Assembly (NCBI GenBank): GCA_963706575.1
Contig: CAVPNL010000003.1
Span: 416,001 to 480,000 of the forward strand
Length of the DNA stretch: 64,000 nt
Reading direction: 5' to 3'
Origin: an uncultured delta proteobacterium
GTDB taxonomy: Bacteria; Desulfobacterota; Desulfobacteria; Desulfobacterales; JAHEIW01
Of the stretch, positions 57,162 through 64,000 are shown one piece after another (position 1 is the stretch's first letter; each line of letters opens with the position of its first letter). A program made the position numbers and the translations under genes. The notes beneath the pieces are model-generated. The model had not been told where the DNA came from. It saw only the letters and a program-made list of their open reading frames with translations, and made no database searches.

Positions 57162-57331
57162 CTAAAATTAGAAGTGCCTAAAATGCCTAAAATGAGCTAA
57201 AATGCCTAAAATTGATGAATTCTATCATATTTATTATAAAAGATGGAGCGCCACGCGGCGCAAGCGCCTGCTCTGCGCGAGCAAAACCATAATTTTAGGC
57301 ATTTTAGATCATTTTTAATTTTAGCTCATTT
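57162..57331. repeat. Inverted ~9-mer array with a nested GC hairpin insert (57251-57279)
   Basis: aagtgcctaaaatgcctaaaatgagctaaaatgcctaaaatt ... ggagcg[ccacgcggcgcaagcgcctgctctgcgcg]agcaaaaccataattttaggcattttag. Confidence 0.85.
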
Positions 57332-57418
57332 GTTATAAGCACCTTTGATCGGTTTAAAACTGTACCATCGAGTGTTAAATGCCTTTTGTGAGATAGATTC
57401 TAATAACGAATAACCAAT

Positions 57419-58033
57419 CTAGCCTTGCTCCCCGCGGTATACTTCTTCAAAAAGCTCTTCGGGTGTCGTTATCGCCCGATTGCGTTTTAAGGCCTCTGCA
57501 ATCATGCGTTTGGCGTCGGCGGTTCTGTGCCCGAGCTGTTTGACAAGCACCTCATAAACCTGTTCTAAGAAATCTTCCGCAACCGGAATCTCTTTTTTAT
57601 CTTCCTTGCGAATCAGGGCGAACTTGCCCATCTTGCCTTCAAGGGTGGCGATGATCTTTTGAGCGGTTCTTGCGCCAATACCTTTAAGCCGGGTAAGGCT
57701 TTGCACGTCTCGACTTTCGATCGCTCTGGCAACTTCCCGAACCGGTATACTTAACGCTTTGACCGCTTTTAAGGGCCCGATATCTTCAACCGATATAAAA
57801 TATTGAAAAAATTCTTTTTCTGCCTCCAGATTAAAGCCGATTAATATCGGTTTGGGCTGGCGTTCGGTCTGTTGATAAAAAACATAGAGTGCGACTTCGT
57901 CACCAACTTTATTGGCTGCGATATTTTCCATGACGAAGGCAGGAAGCAAAATTTCATACCCCACCTGATTGGCCAGTACCAGCACCCGCTCGTCCTCTTT
58001 TTTTAAAATTTTTCCCTCGATGTAACCGATCAC
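57419..58033 (-). CDS. ruvA: Holliday junction DNA-binding protein RuvA
   Basis: MIGYIEG, VGYEI, IGP and KGIGARTAQKI motifs; between ruvC and ruvB. Confidence 0.92.
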   Translation of the reverse strand: MIGYIEGKILKKEDERVLVLANQVGYEILLPAFVMENIAANKVGDEVALYVFYQQTERQPKPILIGFNLEAEKEFFQYFISVEDIGPLKAVKALSIPVREVARAIESRDVQSLTRLKGIGARTAQKIIATLEGKMGKFALIRKEDKKEIPVAEDFLEQVYEVLVKQLGHRTADAKRMIAEALKRNRAITTPEELFEEVYRGEQG

Positions 58034-58064
58034 GGTATTGCTCCACTCATGCTTCGCAGCTAAA

Positions 58065-58268
58065 GGAGCGCTGCGCTTGAAGAGCGTTTCTCTTGAGGAG
58101 CGCTGCGCTTGACGAACACATCAATTTCCAAAATCAAGATGTGAGATCCCGCATATTGCGGGGAAGCAAAAAATCCAACCATTATACATTCAACCTCAAT
58201 CCGCCGGAGGTGGAGCTCCTCGAGGCGCGAAGAGCCGCTCTTTAGGTCTCGCCAAAGGTGAGACGCTC
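58065..58268. repeat. GAGCG-rich palindromic repeat element, homologous to 7774-7912
   Basis: ggagcgctgcgcttga twice; gctcctcgaggc...gagccgctc...tctcgccaaaggtgagacgctc. Confidence 0.7.
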
Positions 58269-58319
58269 TATTAGAGTCTAAAATTACCGCTTTTCATCCA
58301 TAAACGCGATAAACGTTTG

Positions 58320-58826
58320 TCAAATTCTATTTGTGTTCATCCTAATTTCATCCTGATACCGGTACAACCCGATTAGTGCCAGCCCCGTGGCATCGGATGC
58401 ATGCAGGGGTTTAATGCGGGTTTTGTGATTGAGTCGATGGCGCACCGCCTTTTCCAGTTGTTCCTTACTGGCGCTGCCGCTACCGGTCAGAATTTGTTTG
58501 GCCTCTCTAACCGACACCTCGATGGAAGGTACGGCTGCATGAAATCCGGCCAGCTGAATCACTCCGGTCACCTGCCCCAATAAAATCCCCGACTTCGGAT
58601 ATCTTTTGAGCGAATAGACATCCTCGAGGACCATTAAATCCGGTTTTTCGCTTTTTAGCAATTGGAGAAGTTTGGAAAAAATCTTTTCGAGACGACTGGG
58701 TAAAGAAGTGGTCTTAGAAGTATGAATACTGCCGAAAGAATAGCTATCGATTCTTGACCCCAGCCCGCTAACAATTCCGATACCGGTAGCCGATAGGCCA
58801 GGATCTATGCCAATGATCTTAACCAT
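58320..58826 (-). CDS. ruvC: Holliday junction resolvase RuvC
   Basis: IIGIDPG, E, K..LTGSG.A.KEQ and ASDA motifs. Confidence 0.93.
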   Translation of the reverse strand: MVKIIGIDPGLSATGIGIVSGLGSRIDSYSFGSIHTSKTTSLPSRLEKIFSKLLQLLKSEKPDLMVLEDVYSLKRYPKSGILLGQVTGVIQLAGFHAAVPSIEVSVREAKQILTGSGSASKEQLEKAVRHRLNHKTRIKPLHASDATGLALIGLYRYQDEIRMNTNRI

Positions 58827-58839
58827 TCCCGCGCCAGAT

Positions 58840-59673
58840 TCAATTTAATGCTTTTAATTTTTCGGCGGCAACCTTGGCTTCATTGGATTTAGGATATTTC
58901 CGGCCTAATTCTTCCAGAATCAGTTTGGCATTTGCCTTGTCGCCGATATTTGAAAATGCCAAGCCTTGCTTTAACAGTGCCGCCGGAACTTTGTTGCCAT
59001 TTGGGTATTTTTCAATTACGTTCTGATATTCAAGAATCGCCTTTTCATACCACTTTTCGCGATAATAGATCTCGCCGATCCAGAATTGCGCGTTATCTGC
59101 ATTGTTTGACTTTGGATAACGCCTGATAAATTCTTGAAAACCTTTTCGGGCGGCTTCAGAATCGCCCTGGTCAAAAGCTTGCTTGGCAGATCGATAGATT
59201 TCATCTTCCGAGGACGGTTTTGCTGCAGAGGTGCCCGGCGCGACCACGGCCACCGGTTTCTTGCCGGCTTCTAAATTGAGATACTGTTCCATGCGACCGA
59301 TCCGCTCCGAGTGCTTATCGGAAAGTTCGGCTAAGCGGTCCAACTTTTCTTCTCTTTTTTTCTCCAGTTCTTCTGCATTTTGCTGTTGCTGTTTCAACGC
59401 ATATTCCATTTCTTCAAGTCTGCCGCCTAAAATACGAATATCTTCATTCATTTCCTCAAGCAGAGCCCGCAAACCGGCTGATTGCTTTCGCAGTTGCTGA
59501 TTGCGCTGTTCTACGTCAGATTCGAGTTGTTCCCGATTCTGACGTTGTTGGGCATCACGCATTTCCATCTCGGTGATGCGAGTGTCGATCGTGTTTACAT
59601 CGGATTGTGTGGCGCATCCCCAAATGCCCATCAGGAAAACCAATATAAAATTATAAATCACCCATCTTTTCAT
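58840..59673 (-). CDS. cpoB: Tol-Pal associated protein CpoB/YbgF
   Basis: Lipobox-like WGC, coiled coil, TPR (ADNAQFWIGE, KVPAALLKQG). Confidence 0.9.
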   Translation of the reverse strand: MKRWVIYNFILVFLMGIWGCATQSDVNTIDTRITEMEMRDAQQRQNREQLESDVEQRNQQLRKQSAGLRALLEEMNEDIRILGGRLEEMEYALKQQQQNAEELEKKREEKLDRLAELSDKHSERIGRMEQYLNLEAGKKPVAVVAPGTSAAKPSSEDEIYRSAKQAFDQGDSEAARKGFQEFIRRYPKSNNADNAQFWIGEIYYREKWYEKAILEYQNVIEKYPNGNKVPAALLKQGLAFSNIGDKANAKLILEELGRKYPKSNEAKVAAEKLKALN

Positions 59674-59710
59674 ATCATTTTTGCCGTTCTGATTTTAGGG
59701 TTCATCTGTT

Positions 59711-59740
59711 AAAACACCCGCCGATCATGCGGGCGGGCGT
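59711..59740 (-). terminator. Putative terminator/stem-loop after pal
   Basis: acgcccgcc-cgcatgatc-ggcgggtgt-ttt on minus strand. Confidence 0.5.
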
Positions 59741-59871
59741 TGACGCAATAAACAGCAAGCGCAGATCGGGCGTCGCGCTTGCTGTTCATCATGAATGCGT
59801 CAGATGTTGGTATCATCACAGGATTCTATCTGCCTTGTGCAGATGAACTATATTGTTGGATACCAATTATG

Positions 59872-60384
59872 CTAGTTTACGATAAAGTGGCCCCGCCTGT
59901 TTTTGGCCCAGCATTCCTCGTCTTGCTGCATACAAAGCGGGCGTTCTTCACCGTAACTGATGGTCGTTAATCGCGATGAGGGGATGCCGAGATCCACTAA
60001 AAAAGCTTTGGCACTGTCTGCACGTCGATCTCCCAGAGCGAGGTTGTACTCGTTGGTGCCCCGCTCATCACAATGACCTTCAATGGTTACGGTGGCATCG
60101 GCATTTTCTCGCAGCCATGCCGCATGCCGCATCAGCGTATCCTGAGCCATCGGTGTCAGCGTCGATTTGTCGAATTCATAATAAATGTTGTTCTGCGTGA
60201 TATTCCAGCCTGAAGGCGCCGGCATCATTGGTGCCGCTTTCGGTGCAGGTGCTTGCGCCGCCGGTGCAGCAGCCGGAGCGGGCGCTTTTGCCTGGGACAC
60301 GGCCTTTTTTTGACAGCCAACTGTGAGCAGCAGCCCGGGAATCACCAGTAACAGCGTTATCATCAACCAAATCTTCTTTTGCAT
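59872..60384 (-). CDS. pal: Peptidoglycan-associated lipoprotein
   Basis: TVGC lipobox; IEGHCDERGTNEYNLALG, SYGEERP and NRR motifs; ATG 60384 after AGGAGG. Confidence 0.96.
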   Translation of the reverse strand: MQKKIWLMITLLLVIPGLLLTVGCQKKAVSQAKAPAPAAAPAAQAPAPKAAPMMPAPSGWNITQNNIYYEFDKSTLTPMAQDTLMRHAAWLRENADATVTIEGHCDERGTNEYNLALGDRRADSAKAFLVDLGIPSSRLTTISYGEERPLCMQQDEECWAKNRRGHFIVN

Positions 60385-60414
60385 TTTTCTCCTCCTTTCA
60401 CATTCGAGCATCAC

Positions 60415-61740
60415 TTAATTATTTAGATGGTTCATTGACCACTTGGGGTTATTCTGCTTGCCGGCCAGAGCCAATAAACGGCGCTGGTCGGTTCCATAAG
60501 CAGTCATAACATAAATTCTATCCGGCCCTTCCCGGTTTGAGCTAAAAGCAATTAAACTGCCATCCGGGGACCAGGCAGGTGATTCATTGTCCCTGGAATC
60601 ATACGTCAATTGCACCGGGTCCTGACCGTCTAGACCGATTACAAAAATATTGTGCCCCCCGCTCATTTCGGATGTGTAAGCGATTTTATCTCCCCGGGGG
60701 GACCAGCTGGGCTGTGTATTCTTACTGCCTTCATAGGTCAGTCTTCTGACCTTATCGGAAACTAAATCCTTGATATAAATCTGGGCGCTGCCGGCACGGT
60801 TGGAAACAAAGGCAAATTTTTTGCCGTCTGGTGACCAAGAAGGCGCTACATCTATTCCGCGACTCTTGGTTAATCTTTTAATAATTTTACCTGAACCAGT
60901 CAACAGATAAATTTCTTGATCACCAGAAAACGAGAGTGTTGCTGCCAGTTCGAATTTTCCCGGAACCCAGGCAGCTGTGATATTAATTCCCTGTTTGGAA
61001 ACTTTAGATTCCTGACCATTAAGCAAATTCCGGATGTACAGGTCAGGGTTGCCGGCTCTATAAGAAGTAAAGGCCATCCATTTGCTGTCGCTTGACCAGG
61101 CCGGAAATAGAGTGATGGCATTATTGACCGTCAGACGCCGGGGATCATATCCGTCAAATGCACAGGTATAGATCTCTTTATTACCGGTGCCATTGGAAAC
61201 AAAAGCGATTTTGCTGCCAAAAACCCCTCTGCTCCCCGTCAGATAATGAATCACATCACTGCAGAAACGCAAAATGATGGAGCGTTGATTTGAAACTTTC
61301 CCCGAGTACTTTTTGCCAAGAACCCGACGGGCTTTAAAGGTGTCAAAAAGTCGCAGCTCGATAGAAATCGTGTCGTTATTGAGCTCGTAATACCCGGTTA
61401 CCAGAAGCTCAGAACCAACAACCGTCCAGTTTTGGAAATTTAATTCCGCCAGGGTAACGCCATTTCTTTCAGGATCAAAAAGAAATGCGCCGCGATCAAG
61501 TATTTTAAAGTAACCCGTAAAGTCGAGCGTATCGGCAAGAAAATCAGCTGCTGCTTCTGAAGACCGCTTTTCTTCGGCAGAGCCACCCGCGTTTTTAAAT
61601 AACGGGACGGCTAAAGGGATTTTCCGCAAAAACGGTTTGGTGATATCAATTACATCATAATCAGCCCGGCTGATTGCCGGCCCGAGTGTTGTAAAGATAA
61701 CGCTAATAATAAATATGTAAAGTTTTATTGCTCTTCTCAT
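60415..61740 (-). CDS. tolB: Tol-Pal beta-propeller protein TolB
   Basis: PxWSPDG repeats and KIAFVS; start set at ATG 61740. Confidence 0.95.
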   Translation of the reverse strand: MRRAIKLYIFIISVIFTTLGPAISRADYDVIDITKPFLRKIPLAVPLFKNAGGSAEEKRSSEAAADFLADTLDFTGYFKILDRGAFLFDPERNGVTLAELNFQNWTVVGSELLVTGYYELNNDTISIELRLFDTFKARRVLGKKYSGKVSNQRSIILRFCSDVIHYLTGSRGVFGSKIAFVSNGTGNKEIYTCAFDGYDPRRLTVNNAITLFPAWSSDSKWMAFTSYRAGNPDLYIRNLLNGQESKVSKQGINITAAWVPGKFELAATLSFSGDQEIYLLTGSGKIIKRLTKSRGIDVAPSWSPDGKKFAFVSNRAGSAQIYIKDLVSDKVRRLTYEGSKNTQPSWSPRGDKIAYTSEMSGGHNIFVIGLDGQDPVQLTYDSRDNESPAWSPDGSLIAFSSNREGPDRIYVMTAYGTDQRRLLALAGKQNNPKWSMNHLNN

Positions 61741-61779
61741 GAAAAAGTCCTTGTCCCGTATATCAGCCAGAATCTGCAT

Positions 61780-61818
61780 AAAAAAAAATCGGGGATCCGA
61801 CCCGGTGTTCCATCCCCG
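61780..61818 (-). terminator. Terminator-like hairpin between tolA and tolB
   Basis: CGGGGAT-15 nt-ATCCCCG-a-TTTTTTTTT on minus strand. Confidence 0.55.
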
Positions 61819-61848
61819 GGGAACTTCTCTTCGCTTTCTCAATAACAT

Positions 61849-62760
61849 CTATTCGTTTTTCAACCCTTTAGGACCAAATCGCAAGCCAATTTTATAGTAG
61901 GGTCTCATATAATCGTTTGGCAGCGGGGGCAACGGATTTGATTTGACAAGGGCTTTATAGGCGGAATCGTCTAAATACGCGTTTCCTGATTTTTTGTCAA
62001 ACCAGATATCCTCTATTTCTCCGTTGCGCAAAACTTTAATGGCCAGAACCGCCTCCAGCTGGGTATTATCACCGGCAAGTTGCTGGGAAAAGGCCCAATT
62101 CTTTTGGATTTGGTACTGAATTTCAGCCTGATAAATCAAAATGGACTCCTGTACCCGGGCGCCTCCGGTTCCCGGTCCGCCAGCCGGACCGGCTAGGCCG
62201 GCACCGGCTTTACCGGATCCACCCCCTCCTGTACCGGGTAGCGGTTGTGGCTCAGATGCCGCGATCTTGCGTTTCAACTGCTCGATAGCGCTGGCGACCG
62301 AATCGGTTTCGGTTTTTTCAACTTTCTTTTCTATACGATCAAGCGCCGAGTCGATCATTTTTGAGCGATCCAGGGTTTTTTTCTTCAAAGATTTTTTTGA
62401 CTTTATCTTTTTGGGCGCCAACGACACCGCCTCGGGGGGCTTTTCAACGGCCCGAATCGGTTTCGGTTCCGGAACCTTAACCGCTGGTTTTTTCGGAGGT
62501 TTCTTTTCAGCTGGTTTCGGTTTTACAACCGAAGCGGCCGGTCCGGCCGAAGCGGGCCCACTCGAAGGCAGAGACACCAGACTGACATTTACCACCCCGG
62601 AACCAAGCCGCGGTTTTGAACCGAACTGCGGCACAAAAACCATTGCGCCGATAATTATCAGATGACAAAGAAACGAGACGCCAAACGGAAAAACCATCGA
62701 CTGGGAGTCGCGACCCATTCCATGGTATCGTTTGGCATAAGCATGTTTGGTATCCTTCAT
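61849..62760 (-). CDS. tolA: TolA/TonB-family protein
   Basis: TM with S..H motif, Pro/Lys-rich linker, C-terminal SGN..LD.SA..A...NPLPPLP. Confidence 0.88.
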   Translation of the reverse strand: MKDTKHAYAKRYHGMGRDSQSMVFPFGVSFLCHLIIIGAMVFVPQFGSKPRLGSGVVNVSLVSLPSSGPASAGPAASVVKPKPAEKKPPKKPAVKVPEPKPIRAVEKPPEAVSLAPKKIKSKKSLKKKTLDRSKMIDSALDRIEKKVEKTETDSVASAIEQLKRKIAASEPQPLPGTGGGGSGKAGAGLAGPAGGPGTGGARVQESILIYQAEIQYQIQKNWAFSQQLAGDNTQLEAVLAIKVLRNGEIEDIWFDKKSGNAYLDDSAYKALVKSNPLPPLPNDYMRPYYKIGLRFGPKGLKNE

Positions 62761-63200
62761 TATTTTTTAGATTTTGCCTTCTGGCTTTCTTCGTCAAAAA
62801 CGGCAGGTTCGGTGACCATACCCAATTTTTCCACACCGGCTGCCTTAACTTCCGCCATGACCTTAACCACTGTTCCATAAGAGATGTCTTTATCGGCCTT
62901 TAAAAATACTTCCCGATCCGAGCGGCCTTCCAGGATTTTCTTCAGCTTTTCTCCAAGACCGTCGACAGTAACCTGAAAGTCGTTGATGAAGATTTGATTT
63001 TTCGTATCGATGGTGATGATCAGATGCTCTTTTTCAGATTCCAGCGGTTCAGCAGTGGCTTCTGGCAGCGACACGTCCACACCTTGCATCATCATCGGTG
63101 CAGTGACCATAAAAATGATCAAAAGAACCAGCATCACATCAACAAACGGCGTGACGTTGATATCGGACATCAATTGGCTGCTATTTCCTCCGGCGGTCAT
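62760..63200 (-). CDS. tolR: TolR
   Basis: DINVTPFVDVMLVLLIIFMVTAP and KAD..I.YG motifs. Confidence 0.95.
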   Translation of the reverse strand: MTAGGNSSQLMSDINVTPFVDVMLVLLIIFMVTAPMMMQGVDVSLPEATAEPLESEKEHLIITIDTKNQIFINDFQVTVDGLGEKLKKILEGRSDREVFLKADKDISYGTVVKVMAEVKAAGVEKLGMVTEPAVFDEESQKAKSKK

Positions 63201-63946
63201 GATCTTCTCCTCTCAATTCGCAGAATATCACGCTCGATGATATTTAAAAAATCCGCCGAGAAGCTCTGAAGTTCAGATTCGACAACGCGGATTTTGCTCA
63301 TGAAAAAATTAAAGGCGATCACCGCCGGAATCGCCGCCGCCAGGCCAGCAGCGGTTGCCACCAACGCTTCTGAAATACCCGGTGCGACAACCGCCAGATT
63401 GGCGGAGCCTTTCTGTCCAATGCCGACGAACGAATTCATTATGCCCCAGACCGTACCAAATAGACCAATAAATGGTGCGGTATTACCGGTGGTTGCCAAA
63501 AAGGGCACCATCTGGGTCATACGCGTCATCTCGGTTGTGGTGGCGCGACGCAGTGCCCGTTGGACGTTATCAGTACCGGTGAACCGGGTTTCCAGGGCCA
63601 AGCTTTGGCTGCCGCCCGGTTTTGTTGCTGCCGCATTTGGCGGACTCGGCGGAGACGCAGATTGGCTCGTCTTTTTTAGTTCCACATAACCAATTCTGAA
63701 AATGCGCGCCAGGGGACTGCCGTGAAGCTGCTTTGCTTTGGCAAAAGCATTGGACAGATCCCGACTTTTCCAGAAAAAGTCGGTAAACTCAGCCGATTCT
63801 TTAAAGGCTTTCCGGATGTAACGGTATTTTATCAGGATGATGGCCCATGACATGATTGAAAAAAACAGCAGCAACAGCATCACGAACTGGACCATGGGTC
63901 CGGCGTTACTGATCATATGGATGATATCAAGCTGCACAATGCCCAT
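63197..63946 (-). CDS. tolQ: TolQ
   Basis: APFIGLFGTVWGIM and VAPGISEALVATAAGL motifs. Confidence 0.95.
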   Translation of the reverse strand: MGIVQLDIIHMISNAGPMVQFVMLLLLFFSIMSWAIILIKYRYIRKAFKESAEFTDFFWKSRDLSNAFAKAKQLHGSPLARIFRIGYVELKKTSQSASPPSPPNAAATKPGGSQSLALETRFTGTDNVQRALRRATTTEMTRMTQMVPFLATTGNTAPFIGLFGTVWGIMNSFVGIGQKGSANLAVVAPGISEALVATAAGLAAAIPAVIAFNFFMSKIRVVESELQSFSADFLNIIERDILRIERRRS

Positions 63947-64000
63947 AAAAAAATCTCCAATTCAAAATTTGAGCTCAGATTATTAAGAACAACAGCCTTC

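Noticed and set aside
241..57331. Short tandem arrays as CRISPR arrays
   Set aside because: Units are 7-9 nt, contiguous and degenerate, with no unique spacers and no cas genes
1..64000. tRNA (including selC), rRNA, integrase, transposase or prophage genes
   Set aside because: None recognised by eye; tRNAscan-SE/Infernal would be needed to exclude RNA genes formally

Overview
Chromosomal window, most likely from a Desulfobacterota (Desulfobacterales-like deltaproteobacterium); this taxon call is an inference from gene content and protein style. The core backbone is secF(3' end)-dprA-topA, ilvB-ilvN-ilvC-cimA-leuA, pyrD, rplM-rpsI, ruvCAB and tolQRAB-pal-cpoB. Accessory metabolism includes an orphan B12-dependent RiPP-type radical SAM enzyme and an inositol module (ino1, PfkB kinase, CDP-alcohol transferase). 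It also includes a HypD-like glycyl radical enzyme with its activase, next to selD and a W/Mo aldehyde:ferredoxin oxidoreductase, plus an Opp-type transporter with large insertions, an M24 peptidase, a DUF1445 hydro-lyase, a Liv-type transporter and pxpABC. Signals missed by the ORF track: (i) a 30-aa Ile/Leu/Val-rich leader peptide with a complete attenuator upstream of ilvB; (ii) selD is one gene with an in-frame UGA (Sec), a SECIS-like hairpin and a 1-nt frameshift; (iii) many intergenic gaps hold small repeat elements: inverted 7/8/9-mer tandem arrays, MITE-like elements whose ends often coincide with stop codons, and GTRG-type REP doublets, often nested inside one another. No rRNA, tRNA, CRISPR array, integrase or transposase gene was recognised. 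All family assignments come from recognising motifs by eye, not from database searches.
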